This document shows positions 23,464 to 38,600 of a DNA stretch of 64,000 nt, piece after piece. Both the position numbers and the translations under genes were made by a program. The stretch comes from Convolutriloba macropyga (lineage: Eukaryota): positions 19,034,001-19,098,000 of the forward strand of contig NC_134474.1 of assembly GCF_964194025.1 (NCBI RefSeq), read 5' to 3'. The stretch's first letter is position 1, and each line of letters opens with the position of its first letter. The notes under the pieces were generated by a model that saw only the letters and a program-made list of their open reading frames with translations, ran no database searches and was not told the DNA's origin.

Positions 23464-24970
23464 TACTTTTGAGTTGTCACTGGTATGTAACGAAATTAAC
23501 AACTGCGTGAGTTAATACTAAGTACTAATACTAACGTGTTTCAACTTGCATCAGAGCACTGCCAATAAACGCCATTTACTTCAGATTTGAAATGGGACAT
23601 CAAAATGCGCGCATTATTCTTTATCAGTCTTGTAAAAATTGGAGCTATAGATGAGTGGGTCTCCTTTGAGATTCGCTACAGTGTGAAATGAATTAATTGT
23701 GTGGAATTTAGGGATAACCATGTTTTGTGGACTGATGATTATGCGGATGTGTCAATGTAAGTAAACTAACTCACCTGTTTGTTTCGACAAGCTCCATGAC
23801 TTGATCTGATTGTTGAACTCCGTTTTGTCATTGTCTATTGTACTCCACTAACATAATGAGATGTGTCATACCTGTTTGAGTTTGAGACCAAAATTCCTTT
23901 TTCGAGGCACCATTGCGTAGTGTTATTTTGACATGGCAATGATTTTGCCAACTACAATTCAAAAAGATCTGGTGCAAATGGCAAAAGTACCAAAGTTTAG
24001 ATTTTTCATATCAGCCAAGAGATGGTGAAATATATTTATTGTTTCTGATTAACAAGATGATCTGGGCAGAAGGATTACAGCATAATTTTTATAGAAGAAT
24101 AAACGACTCATTTATCAGATTGTGGGCAAAATTGGATTGGATTGGACGAATTGGACTGATATGTGAACCCCTGCACCACTAAAAGCATCAAATGAGTGTT
24201 TAAACACTAATCTCTATCTATTTCAGTGGATATATTTGAAAATTTGTAAATTGAAAATGATGCAACAAAACAGATTTGGATTAAGTCAGAATTGTTCAGG
24301 ACTACCAACTCTTTCAATTTGTAAAGAAATCAATAATCAAGCTTTGACGCCTTTTCTCTTGTTTACTGACAAATTAGTGGTAAGTTTAAATCAGTTTTTG
24401 TCAATTTTATATCTCTCAGAATGTGAATTAGGCAAAAATCTTTTTCAAAAAGTATGTTTGGCGTCCTAACAGATTTCTTTAAGACTTTTTGCTTCCACCC
24501 GCATTTCAATTTCAATTTAGTACTGTCTAATTCTCAATTTCATTAAAAAGTAGTTCGGAAAGCTCTTTCTTCAGTTTAGTGAACTGATCATGTGAAAACC
24601 TATTTCAACCCAATCTTATTTTGCTGAAGTTCCAATTTTGTCATTTATTCTTTATAATATATTGTATCTTTACTGCCTTCATTTGTTGTAAGTTTTTGGT
24701 TCAAAAAGTTGATATTTTGAAAAGTGACGCATATTGTGTGCTTTTTCAGTGCGGCAAGTTAGGAGGTATAATGAACAACTTAAGGGGGTGTGTTAGAGTA
24801 TGCACTCTAGTAAGTAAGTAAGTTGTGATCATAAGCTGGAGCTTGAAGTGATAGCTCAATTTATGAGTGCATAGTAAGACTGTTTCAATGTAGACCAGAT
24901 GGCTTAGACGAGAGCATGCAAGTGCAAACAATTATGAGATTGTGGGCTCGCAACCCACAGAGGTTCCGAA

Positions 24971-25370
24971 CTTTACTCTCACTATAACTGTGTTGACATG
25001 GAATCAACATAACGAGCTAGTAGTTGCTCTAATACTTTCAAGGGTGTAAAAGGTTTTGAGGATAACCATTTTGGCATTGATACAAAATTTCTTTGTTCAA
25101 AGTTCATCTCGAATGGTTGAGTTTTTTTCACCAAATCACTGCTTATTTTAAAACTACAGCTTTTTGTATATGGTTTAAAGTTTTCAAGTATAACTCCAAA
25201 TTTTACTCTCACTATAATGATGTTGACGCAGAATCAACATAAGGAGCTAGTAAAGCTCTAATAGGATATGGGCGCAGCATAGTGGTCTTACCAGAAGTTG
25301 GAAGTGAGTAGATATGATGCACAATTTACGGAGCTAACCAAATCACTGCATATTTCAAAACTACAGCTTT
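24971..25370. repeat. Imperfect ~230-bp direct repeat
   Basis: TTTACTCTCACTATAA..TGTTGAC...GAATCAACATAA.GAGCTAGTA at about 24972 and 25202; CCAAATCACTGC...AAAACTACAGCTTT at about 25131 and 25338. Confidence 0.6.
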
Positions 25371-26003
25371 GTGTTTTATGTGGTGTAAAATTTTCTAAAA
25401 TTAGTTTTTTTTGTGAGAGGTAATTTTTGGAGTTTCGGAATTGAGCAGTTTTCCAATTGCTTATGCAAAACTATGGTATCTAATGTTCTCACTGTTCAAA
25501 TATTGGATCTGGTTCAGTTTTCTAAGTTGAATTTGGTTGCTGTCATTTTAGCACATTTCGTCTGTATCTGATGAGACGATTTTTAATTCAAAATAGTTTT
25601 CATCTTTCTAGGAAGCGTAAAATATGTAATTTGGCCTACTGTCGGATATATTTCCCAACAGGCGCCATGCTTATATCTGAAAACTTTAAACGTGGTAGAC
25701 ACAGAGTTCTGTTGAACGATAAGTTAGCAATCTTTAACACACTAATGAGCATAAATACACGCACGAATTTGGAAGCACTTTTCTGGAAAATGTTGAACAG
25801 AAGTATTTGTAACTGGAAATGGCAATGCTCTGGAGATTACTAATATTTCCTTCTGATCTTTTCTCGAAAAATTTTCAATACTTTTTGTGTCACATTTTAG
25901 GAGCAAATTAAGTTTAGGGCCCTCCAATCTTCAATTTTCTGATGATTTTCGGGAGGTTAAACTATTCTACTTTTATCATAGCTTTTGTGTATTTTTTTAC
26001 TAG

Positions 26004-29000
26004 CTCTCCAAACCGTAGATCTGCTCCGGCAACCTGGACCCCCATATCTTTCACTGGCAACTCATCAATTAGCCGTGATGGCAGATGTGTGCTATTTACT
26101 GAGCCGCTATCTGGAAACAAATGCGAGATCCAAATATTCTACGCCAAAAAGAGTTTGGGTGAAAGATTGCCAGATAGAAACAAAGTACCGAGCTTGGATT
26201 CCGATTCTGCTAAACTGGCCAAGTACATTTACCCCGACGACCTTTACTCGTGTAAGTAACAGCAAAAATTATTATTCAAATGCAGTGGTGCTAATATAGA
26301 TGATAAAAATAAATCGGACAATTTAAGAGAGAATTGGTATCGAGTTTAAGAGTGCTGGCTGCGTTGAGATGAGATTTTTTCTATATCGACCTGGCTGTGT
26401 ATCAAAATTCATAAAAGATGGCCAATTGTTGTGCACGATTAAAGTTGCCTGTACAATTTTCAGTTCAATATAGTCAATACAGAACCTAAAATTGAAGTAT
26501 TGTTGTTCCGATTTCATATTTGATGCCATTCCATCGCGGTCACTGTCATTCCGTTTCTGACCGCTTTGTTCTCATGTACTTAATTGGTCTCATTCAAAAA
26601 CTGTAGCCTGTATTTGTATCAAGATGGACATTTTTCTCAGTCACTTGAGTCATCTCTGGAAGATGTAGCTTGTCAAACAATTCAGCAAGCACTTGGGAGA
26701 GAGAGAGAGAGAGAGAGAGAGAAATACCTCTTTTTTGGGTTGTTTACAGCTGAAATTTTGAACTGATTAGCTTCAGAACAAGCGTAATAAACATCTAAAT
26801 AAAACTGTCGATTGTAGGCCTCTTAGTATGCTTATTGACTGTTTGGTTACATTACATGAGGTTACATTACCGATTCCGCGGACGTCAGTAGTTATTTTTT
26901 GGAGTAAATTTGCAACCTGGAGATGTAAGTAGCCCTTTCATTTGTTTTCCAGTCCACTACAACATTGACAAGGATAATGAGCTTTCATCAATTAGGAGAT
27001 CAGGGAACATTGTCAACATCACAGTGAGAACCCCTGAGTTCCATCCACTGATAACATCAAGCTCTCGATCTCAATGGCAGATGTGCTACTGTGTCATCTC
27101 AATCAACGTGCAAAACAGCGAACCAGTAAAACAGGTATTATCAATGCAACTCATTAAGAAAAATCTCCGATAGTCTCTAAATGATCTTTTTATAGCTGCG
27201 AAGCTGTAAGTTGGCGTAGCTGTATTGCTGTTCCTCTTTAAAAGCAGTTGTCAGCCTCTCAACGGCTATTATTTATGCAGGGGTTCTCCTTTTTTACGAT
27301 TCAAAGAATTTGAATTGTATTGGGGCGCTGTCTTTTTAAGACTCGAAGGCGTCTTCTGGTTTTCTGTTTTTTTGATAAGTGAGCGAACAGGAAAACCGGA
27401 AGTGCAGGGAGTGAATAAAGTTTGTAAAAGTTGTTTCAGCGAACAAATTTGAAGAGCGGAGAAATGAGAGTGGTTCTTTTGTTCATTCCTTCTTTTGAAC
27501 CAAAGAGAGAAACGCAGGTATGAAAAATTTGTTCGCTGATCGAGAAAATTTTTTTGACATGGGGTTCAAGCTATTTTTTGTTTTTTGAAACTTCTATGTT
27601 GTCTTAAAGATTATTTCAGACTAAAATTATCATTTTCGTTCCGGGTTCCTTTGAAAGCGTTTCGGAAGTTTTTGGTAATTACGGGGAGTTTTACGCTAAT
27701 TTTACGATTATTTGTTACCATGTTTTTTCCTCTGAATATTTGACAGAAAATGGGGAAAGTTGTTTCAATTTTTCATAATTTCTGACTTTTTTCGCTTTAT
27801 TTCAAAATTACAGATTTTTAATGCTTATTTTGCGTTTTCCAAATTTGTAAGAAGTTGTTTCGAAGGCTTCAAATATTGTTTGCTCTTTGTCTTTGCGCTT
27901 GTGCAAATCGAAAGCGTAATTGAATTTTGGTTGATTGATTTTTTTGGTTTAAGTTTTTAGTTTAATTTTCTTTCGCTTCAATTGAGGTAGTCTTTCCTCT
28001 TCTCTGAGGCTCACTGCCATCAGAAATTGTACATTGTAATTAGATATTGTACATTATTCGACAGGCTGCTTTTCGGCAAAGACATCTTCGAGTCGTTTCC
28101 GGAATTCTTCTGGCTATGTTTATTTTGAGACCTGTTCACACATTTTCATTATTTTTGAAGTCAAATTGGTGTAGTGATTTTGGCCACAAAACAGGAAGTG
28201 GAGCAAAAAAGCGAGTGGTTATGCGACTTGACCTTTTTTTGCTCTAATTTTGTAGTTGAGTGAGAAAGCGGTGAATGAACAAAAATTTGCTTTCTCGCTA
28301 GTGGTGTTTTGCTCACATGCGGCATTTTCGCTTCGATTTTTACTGTTTTTTCAATTGTTTGCTGGGATTTTTTTTCCAAACGGTGTCTTCAATCAAGTAA
28401 TAGTACATTCTAGTTTTTTGTTTTTTATATTGAAAGTTCTTTGAATTGTAGGTAAGGACTTGCCCTGCTATGTTTTTTAATTCGCTTTATCTTTTGATCA
28501 CGTTTTTCGTTCTACGTAAGTCACAATTTTCACGCTTGGCTTCTGGTTTACTTCACTCACTGTTTCAACTGAATGGATTTTAATTTTATTCGCGTATTGA
28601 ATAACGTAACGTGGAGAAAAATGTCAAAGTAAAAAGAGCAAATTCAAAAGAAACGGGATAAACATAGAAAGCCTGGTCATAAGTTCGAGCGCATTAGGTT
28701 ATCAAAGTTCATTAAAGTGATTGCTACCTGGCATTAGTGTTATGCTTAATAGCGTTTATTTTAGATGCTTACTCGAGTGTATTTTTAGAATTTAACCGAA
28801 TATGCAGAATTTACACACCAACTTAGGTCACTTTGACACTTAGAAAAATTCTGTCTATTTCTATCGCCTAATTTTTTCTCAATCCCAATGTGCGCAAGCG
28901 GGCCAACAGCGGCTATTTTTTGGCAATTTGCCGGCAATGCTTTTATGATTCAAACAATTTGTATTGTTTTGGTTCGCTGTCTTTTTACGACTCAAGTGTC

Positions 29001-32000
29001 TTTTTGTAATCAATTTTTAGAGTGAGTTTTGTAATTCGGAGTGAGTTTTGAAGCTGGAAATAAAACGCGTGAAAAATATTTCGAGTGCTTTGATTGTTAA
29101 AAATTGAAGAGTGGAGGGGAAAGAGTGTTATTTTTTTGTGTTCATACCATTGTTTTCAAGAGAGCACGCAATTGAGGTGTGAGAACATTTCTGTAAGCGA
29201 GCAAATTTTTTTTTGTTCATGTGCGTTTTTTAAGCCATTTTTTCAATTTCTTTGTTTGAGAAGTTTAATGATGATGTTTTTTTTTAGTTTTAGGGTTGTT
29301 TTGATCTTGGTATAAATGATTCTGGTGATTAACATGAATTTAAAGCTAATTTTTAGGTTAAGCTGATTTTTTAATTTTAAGCTGATTTTTAGGCATATTT
29401 TAGCCCTTTTTTGCATTGTTTTCTTGTACTGCTTTTAGTAGGATATAAAACGGTGTTTATGGTTTGCGGAGTTTTAAAATACCAATTGAGTACAGTTTTG
29501 TTGATTTAAAACATTTTGTTGAGAACTTGACAAAATTAAGAAATTTATGAGTTCTTAATTTTCTTTAACATTTTCCTTTTCGGTTTTTCTGCAATTTTGG
29601 CCAAGTTTTTATCCAATATTACTTGCCTGATGTTGTATTTTAATTCTCTATCTTTTAAAAAGATTTTTTTGCTATATGTGCCATTGTATAATGAAAAGTT
29701 CAGTATCTAGTTTCTTTTATTTCAAGTTGTTCTTTTTTGTCATGAATTGAAAAGGTTTTTGATTCTCATGATCAGTGTTTGTAAGAACTTGAAGAACTGT
29801 GAAGAAGTTATTTTTTTTTCTTCGTTTCCTGAATTATTCGGTTGTGACGAGTCGTTTCTGGAAGTATTCCGGTTATTCTTTATCGATATTTTCTGAAGTT
29901 TATTTAATACAGGATGTAATAGTCAATACCGCACGTGAAAACTAAGATTTTATGTGAAACTGCTGAAAGGGAAGTGCGTGAAAACAAAGTGTTTAGGTCA
30001 AATTCTGTTAAAGAATCTGGAAGCGTAGAGGTAAGAGAGAATGATGTAATGATCGTGCCGCATTTTTTAGAGATCGAGAAAAGGTGTTAAAAAAATTTTG
30101 ATACGGCATCGAAACATTTTAGTTAGTGCGGCTTTTTTTAATCAGTTTTGTTAGTTTTCTTATTTTTTCTGTAATTCTACTGAACTGTTTTGACAAGTAA
30201 TTACACGTTTGGGAGCATTTTGTACATCTCAATCATGTGTTACGGTTTTATATGCTATCAATATTTGTGATTGCTTTGTTTTAGACGCTTCTAGAAGCTG
30301 TTTTTTTGTTGTTCATGTTTTATAGTGTCTAGATTAGTGTTTTTGTTTGAAACGAGGTTTTTGTTCGCTTTCATGGTTTTTAATTTGTTAATATTGTTTT
30401 AAGTTTCTTTTAGGTGAAGAACGCAGGATAATTTTAAACATTCTCATTGTTACTAAGTGAAAACAAATAAAGGTTTGACGTCCCATATTTTTAAAAAATA
30501 AACTAATCAAATCTTCTGTTTTATTGTAGTTTTTACTTCTGGCTCATGTTACTCATTTTTAAAGTTTTCAGTGCGTTCAATTGTCATTTGGGTACTCAAT
30601 AAATAAGCAGGAACTGATTTCTAAATGGTGTTGTGAATAGTTGTTGAGGCTTTGCTTTTTTGTCGAATATATTTAAAAATTTTGACAGGTTTCTTAGGTT
30701 TTGTCCTTTATTTTTTTTCGCAACCCTGGTTTTATCTTTTTTTGAGATGGACCGTTTGTTATGTTTTTAATTTCATATGTTGATCGCTGTTTAATCATAC
30801 CAGACAATTTGTCATAATCAATGATTTTGAGTCTAATGCTTTATTGAAAAGAAAGTTTTTTTCTTGTTTGCTTTATCCCTGATGATTTGTTTCCTTTGTT
30901 TTTTGTTTCCAATTGAGTGGAGCGAGTTTTTTGTTCATATGCATGATTAAATTTTTTGTCACACTTGACTTACCTCACTCACAAAAATGACTTCCGGACT
31001 TTGAAATTGACTTTTGGTTACTTTAATTCAAGTCAATTGGTTGTGTGTCACTCTAAATGAAGGTTAATTGAGAGCAGCTAATAGAGGCAGCAAAAATTTA
31101 CACTGATTTTTAATCGAAATAACATATCAGCCTTCAATGAAAAGACGAAATTTTTTGGTCTGTCTTTTTTACTGTTTATTTGGGACTGCAGATCTACGAA
31201 GCAATTGCGACTATTTTCTGGCAATGTGCCAGCTATGTTTTAATTGCTCTCAAACGAAGTTTGTAGCAATTATATTAGTCCTGTCGGTCTTTTTTAGTAC
31301 TATTTTTCGCTTGACTGATTTTCGTCTGACGCATTTGACTTCTCGTCCTTAAAAAAACATGATAAACAGGTAGCGCTCAGTGGGCGTTTATTGCTCTTAG
31401 AGCTTTTCAGCTCTTGTATGAACTCAAACTGTTTTGGAGACTTTTTGAGTGAAGAGTGGTTCTTGGAGGTTGAAGACCCCTCCATTGTTGCCCCCAACCC
31501 CTCGAGGTTACACCCCATCCCACTGTTGCCCCCATCTCAGCCCCGGTGCACCCCTCCCCTCCATCGTGTCTAGCTACTGACGAACAACCCCTCGCTAAAA
31601 ACACGCAATTTTATGCTAATCTGCACAATTTTTTTTCAATTTTTGAAATTTTTTGGTTTTTTTTATTTTTATTTTCCCTGCGTGTCGAGCAAGCCACTCT
31701 AGGGTTTTATAGTAGGTTAGTGCATAGTTTCTAGTGTTAATGGATTGGTTTCAACATTTTCACTTCACGAATTGGAACATTTTTTGACAAGTTTTGCATT
31801 TTTTTTTCAATTTTTTTTTACTTTTATAGTCATCATTCAGGTTTTTTGAGCCCCCGGATCAGAGAACCTTTGTTGGGATTTGATATTAAGTTACTGGAGA
31901 ATTTAGCCATGTTTTAATTTTCAACTTTTTTAATATCACAGGTTTGAGCAATTTTTTTAGTAGAACTTGCAATTTTTTTAAGAATTTTTGAAATTCGATG

Positions 32001-32587
32001 TCATTTTTAGGTTTCTCCACCCTGAAGAGTCACAGAACTTCCTCTAGGGTTTGATAATATATAACTGCATAGTTTTAAAAGTATTGGAGTTTTTTTCAAG
32101 ATTTAAATATCACGAATTTAAGCAAAATATTTTTTTCAAGTCTTTGAATTTTTTCCTGCACCGGGGCCTTGGGACTTCCTTATAAGGAAGCTATTCTAGA
32201 GTTTTGTAATAGGTTACTGCATAGTTTCTAGTGTTGATGGAATGATTTCAACGTTTTCACATCACGAATATGAGCCTTTTTCGGACAAATTCTGCATTTT
32301 TTTTAACTTTTAAAAGTTTNNNNNNNNNNNNNNNNNNNNNNNNNNNNNNNNNNNNNNNNNNNNNNNNNNNNNNNNNNNNNNNNNNNNNNNNNNNNNNNNN
32401 NNNNNNNNNNNNNNNNNNNNNNNNNNNNNNNNNNNNNNNNNNNNNNNNNNNNNNNNNNNNNNNNNNNNNNNNNNNNNNNNNNNNNNNNNNNNNNNNNNNN
32501 NNNNNNNNNNNNNNNNNNNNNNNNNNNNNNNNNNNNNNNNNNNNNNNNNNNNNNNNNNNNNNCTCGTTCACGTTTTATCTCTTTCCC

Positions 32588-32627
<40 letters not shown>

Positions 32628-35600
32628 TTGATGCCGCACTTCAGCTGCTGTTATGTCGCGTAATCTTATCATCTATTATCCTCATTAACGCTGAGTTATA
32701 GTAGAAATTTTTTTATCATAAATGACCTAACAAGCACTTTTTAGGAAATTATTGTTAATCGCTCTCAAAAGCACTTTGTAGCAAATATATTAATCCTGTC
32801 TGTCTTTTATGCAATTTTTTGTTTGACCGATTTTTCGTCTGACCCATTTGACTTTAGTTTTCAGAAACGGAAAAAGAGGTAGCGCCCAGTGGGCATTAAG
32901 TTCTGTTAAAGCCTTTCAGTCCGCTAGTCTTCAAGTATGCGATTCACAGAAAATGTTTTGGAGACTTATACTTATGGCGTGAAGGGCGGTTCTTTGATCC
33001 CACACCCCCATCCATCGCCTTCACATCAGTCCCGCAATCCACTTTTGCACCCTCGCTTTGGTGCACCCCCACTGCACTCACCTTACGCCCCTTCAGTTAA
33101 GTTAAAGCTGGCCTCACTAAAACGTTGCTAGCTACTGACGAAGCCAACCGATTGAGAGCAATTCGCCCGACGTTAGTCGGTTATGTTTTAAGATGTTAAC
33201 TGTTTTTTTTGGGATTCTCTTTATATCAGTTCTTTGTGCTGTGACTTATTCTCATTATGGACAGGTCTAATTGTTTGTCTTGTCAGACTCTTTTTGATGA
33301 ACTTGAAGGTTTTTATTCATATCGAACTCCTTAAACAACTTTGATCCTACTCGCTTGAAAAAAGTTTTTTTTTGATCTTGCCGCTTTTTTGTCATTTTGT
33401 TTTGTTATTTAGTCTCATCAATGGTGGGTCCCACGGGGCCATTATTAGGTCTTTTTTTTAGTTAACCCTAATGCTTTCTTTTTGACACAGAAGGTTTTAA
33501 CAACTTTTATGCGACTTTTCAAAAATTGTTGGCGATTTTTTTAATTTTGCGAATTCTTTTTGGTTGCTTTTATTGTTACTTCACTTAGGATCACCAACGA
33601 GATTCTCATTGGCTCTACATCAGGTTGTATTTGAGCCCTCTGTGATGAATCTCATTTAAATCTGGTGAAATATTTCTACTTATAGCTAACATTTTCCACG
33701 ATTTTGACATGTTCTTATAGCTGCGAAGCTGTAAGCTGAGCGTAGCTATATTGCGGTGCTCTTGGTTTTTTACGACTCGAAGAGGAGTATTGGTTTTCTT
33801 GATTTTTTTTTTTAAAGGAAGCATATTTGTTCACGCGGCATTTTGACCTAAAAGCGAAACTGAGAAAAGCTGTCTCGGTGAACAGATTTTCGCTAAGCGG
33901 GAGAAGTTTTTTTGATCATGCGCTTCGTTTAGTGAATGACTTTTTGACTTTGAAAAGTAGTTTTTGACTGAATGGCACATATAGATAACCGTTTTTAGCC
34001 GGTTTTTGGACTAAATGGCCCAATTTTTTTGCTTTTAATTTGGTTTCATATAGCAATAAAGTTTATTCGATACTATATTGAAATGTCAACCTCTGAAATT
34101 GATACCACAGTGTTTTGCAGAGCCTGAGAATGCGTTTCAAATTGAAAATTGGCACATATTTCTTAATTTTATAGTTAATTCGTTAATTCTTGCCTTTTTT
34201 TCTATTAATTTCTTCGTTTTTGGATCTTTTAACCGTCTTTTTTTTTTATCAAAAATCAGTTAATATGGCAACTTCTCTTTGGTAATTCATATACTCAACG
34301 CCTCTTTCTACATCGATGTAATTTTGTTTTATAAAATTTACATATGCTAATCCGATTTTGGTAGTTTTTTCCGATTTTCGTCAGTTTTTTGTTTGTTTTT
34401 TTTTGTTGTAATTGCTAGAAATAGTCTTTTTGTGCAACATGAGGGACTTTAATTTCCTTTCAATAAAAATTCAATCATTTTTTTTGGCGTTAGGTTTTTG
34501 AAAAACATTTAAAACTTTCATAAATGCTGGCTTAAAAGTGTTTTGACCATTTTTTTGCAAAATGTTTCAATTTTTCGTATTTTTGAGTTCTTCTTTTTCC
34601 TATTTTTTGCTCTCTTCAGGAGAATAAATCTTTGTATTGGATGATTAGTTATCTTTTATGTCTTGAAAGCTGAACAATGAAATGTATTCGTTTTTCTTGA
34701 ATTTTTTATTGATTTAAAAATCTAGAATGTTTTTGTTACGGTGTTCTTCACTTTGTGCCCATATTCTTCACATTCAAGTTATTATCTTTCTAACTTTGTC
34801 ATTGCACCTACATTTATTTTCGGTATATTGATTTTTTCAGTTGTTAAAAATGTATGATTTTGGTCAGAAAATGCTTTTTAGATTTTCGTCATTTCTTTGG
34901 TTTGCATTTGATTGCATTCAACATAAGGCAGTACTGAGAGTTTGATAGCAAGCCTTTTCCGCAATTTCCACATAAGACTATTAACTGCAACTTTGTTCCG
35001 GCCTTGGTATTAAATCAAAAGATTTTTTTGCCTTTGAATATTCTTCTGCTGCTTATGTCTTTTCTATGATCAATTTAATTTTTGAATTAGAATGAAATCA
35101 TGTTGTTTAGCATTTGTACAACAAGGAACAAGTGTGTGTTGTTTTTTGTCTTAATCGCAGTGATTAGAAGTGTAATTATAGTTGTTTTCTGATTCTTAAA
35201 TTTGAGTTTTCTTTTTTGAAAAGATTTTACTTAGTTTTATTTAACTTAGATTTTTATCTGCCGTTTGCTTTCGCAATCTTTTTCAGATTAAAATCATGAA
35301 TTATTTGAGGGCAGTTGATAGCCTTGTCAGCTTTTTCAGTCTATCACTTTCTTGACCACTTTAATTATTTCGGTTTTTTAACGTTACCAAACGTTTTCAA
35401 TGATATAAAATTTTGCTGCATTTTGTTTCTCTTGGTGACAGTGGTATAAGTTTCACCAATTTTTAGAGCAGACCTGGAGAGGTAGTGAGTTAATGGTTTA
35501 ATACAAAGAGTTGTGGCTTCCGCTGCAATTACAGTTTTGTTAGTGGAATTTTGATGCTTCGAGTCGCTTCCGGAATTCTTCCGGCTATGTTTTTTGTTTC

Positions 35601-38600
35601 GTCGTCTGACGCTCTTTTTTCGTTTTACATTTGTTCACACAGCAAAGCTGAAAAAGTCAAATTTTCTGAATGACTTCTTCCTCTCACTAACGGCATTTGC
35701 GCGCGTGACGTTATTTCTCACTCGCTTTAGCGAAAGTTTTTAGGTTATTTGCGTGATTAGATTTTGATCATACGTGACTTACCACACTCACTAAAATGAT
35801 TTTAGCACTTTAAAGCTTAAGTTTAATTTGAATTTGTTTAAGGTCAAAGGAAATCATATGTGCAGTAAAGGTCCCTAATAAGAGGCTTCTGTGGGATGAA
35901 TTTTAACAGGCTTTATTAATTTATCGCTGAATGTTTTTTAGCCTAGTTTTTTGAGCGGCGTCATTTTTTTTCAATTTAGATCTGTATCTGTTTCTATCTA
36001 TTATATGGCACGCATGACTATTCTTTCGCAGCTATTTCGGCAATCTGCCGGCTAAGTTAAAACTATTGTTGATTTTTTGAGATTTTTGCCTTTTCGAATT
36101 GTTTATATTGTCGTTATGTCGCTCATTCATTTTTGAGAAGTCTCATTTGCTTTATAATTAGGAATTAATGAGTCCACTTACTGGTTTCAGATCACTGCTA
36201 ATATTGACTTTGACTTTTTCGGCATCCAAGATAGTTTCATCCCTTGTGGTCCGTTCAGACAGACGTTATCACATGCTTTTTTGCGCATGTAGCCTTAAAC
36301 TTTTGATTAAATCCAATTAGTTATTCTTTGCATGAAATTCTTTAGCCAAAAGATCAGCTACTTCCAACTTAAATTCTTTGCCAACATTTGTTTTCGAGAG
36401 TTGCTGTAATTTTAGTCGTTTTTCGAGAGTTGCTGTAATTTTAGTCGCTGCCTACATTTGTTGCTATTTTTGTTTCCCAAAGGTTTTCCTTAATTTTGTC
36501 ATATGTTTTCTATTTTTGGATAGTGCGATAGATGTCCGAGAGTTCAAGTTTTAGTTGCTTCTTTCAACGACTTTGATGCCACTTGTTTTCACAGACTTCT
36601 TAAAAACTCACAAATATTTGTTGTTGTCCTTTTATGTCTCTCAGTGGTTTCCTACAAAGTTGGCATTTGCCGCTTTAACTCCCATTGTGCAATAACCTTT
36701 CGAATTTGTTGTTGTTGGACATGAAAACTTCCATAACACTTCCATAAGAACTCCCACAAAAATGTTTTTGCTTTTAATTTCCTGTCCTTGTTCTGTTTCT
36801 TTCGTGGGCTTCTTTGTATAAGATTTGAACCGTCTTGGAACGGTTCTTTAAAGGAGTGTGATTGTATTGTCTTCATTTTGTACATTCCTTTGAATTGTGA
36901 TTCATGTTTTTTATTCTTCGTCTTCGTTGTTTCGTTTCGAAAAAGTCTAAAAAATTTTGAATTACTTCATCTCACGGCGCGTGCGCACGTGACATCGTTT
37001 CTCATTCTCTCTAGAGAAAAATTTAGGTCACTTGTGTGAAATAATTTAAGGTCAAAGGAACTCATATATGTAATAAAGGTACTCTTTAAAAAGGCTTCTG
37101 CGGAGTGAATTTTATCAAGCGTTATTCATTTATCGCTGAATGTTTTTCACATAGCTCTTTGAGCGGCGTCGATAAATTTGGTAGCTATTCCGGCAATCTG
37201 ACGGCTATGTTAGTAAATGATCTCACGAGGTGGAATCATTAGCATTCCAAAACTTTCCGATGAACCAAGTGGTCGAAAAATCTTAAAATCCTTTCTGTTT
37301 CTGAAAGCAAAATCCCACTTGTTACAAGATGCTGGCGAGATTTTGAATCTGCTGATACATATGAAATTACATGTTGAGAACCTTTGTTTTTATCGCCGTA
37401 GTAATTATTGGTCCAACTTGTTTGTGAATGTTTTATCCGTAAAACAGCTTCCCAGTAAACTTGTCTTACTGGTCTTGTTAGCTCAAATTGAAGTTCTTTA
37501 TCGAACTAAAAAGCGGCGAGCAGATGTTGAAATTGAATATAGTATTACAGAATTAATGGTTTATATTGTTGTTATGTCGCTCATTCATTTTTGAGAAGTC
37601 TCATTTGCTTTCTAATTAGGAATTAATGAGTCCACTTACTGGTTTCAGATCACTGCTAATATTGACTTTGACTTTTTCGGCATCCAAGATGGTTTCATCC
37701 CTTGTGGTCCGTTCAGACAGACGTTATCACATGCTTTTTTGCGCTTGTAGCCTTAAACTTTTGAGTAAATCCAATTAGTTATTCTTTGCATGAAATTTTT
37801 TTAGCCAAAAGATCAGCTACTTCCAACTTAAATTCTTTGCCAAAATTTGTTTTCGAGAGTTGCTGTAGTTTTTGTCGCTGCCTACATTTGTTGCTATTTT
37901 TGTTTCCCAAATGTTTTCCTTAATTTTGTCATATGTTATCTATTTTTGGATAGTGCGATAGATGTCCGAGAGTTTTAGCCGTTTTTTGGACTAAATGGCC
38001 CAATTTTTTTGCTTTTAATTTGGTTTCATATAGAAATAAAGTTTATTCGATACTATATTGAAATGTCAACCTCTGAAATTGATACCACAGTGTTTTGCAG
38101 AGCCTGAGAATGCGTTTCAAATTTAAAATTGGCACATATTTCTTGATTTTATAGTTGATTAGTTAATTCTTGGCTTTTTTTCTATTAATTTCTTCGTTTT
38201 TGGATCTTTTAACCGTCTTTTTTTATCAAAAATCAGTTAATATGGCAACTTCTCTTTGATAATTCATATACTCATCGCCTCTTTCTACCTCGATGTAATT
38301 TTGTTTTATAAAATTTACATATGCTAATCCGATTTTGGTAGTTTTTTCCGATTTTCGTCAGTTTTTTGTTTGTTTTTTTTTTGGTTGTAATTGCTAGAAA
38401 TAGTCTTTTTGTGCAACATGAGGGACTTTAATTTCCTTTCAATAAAAATTCAATCATTTTTTTTGGCGTTAGGTTTTTGAAAAACATTTAAAACTTTCAT
38501 AAATGCTGGCTTAAAAGTGTTTTGACCATTTTTTTTGCAAAATGTTTCAATTTTTCGTATTTTTGAGTTCTTCTTTTTCCTATTTTTTGTTCTCTTCAGG

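Noticed and set aside
23650-25810. Further 5' exons of the receptor gene (23650-23756, 24750-24809, 25662-25808)
   Set aside because: Splice-like ends exist, but one has an in-frame stop and the phases do not chain to the phase-2 start at 26004. Left uncalled.
32257-32701. ORFs spanning the N run
   Set aside because: Artefacts of the assembly gap.
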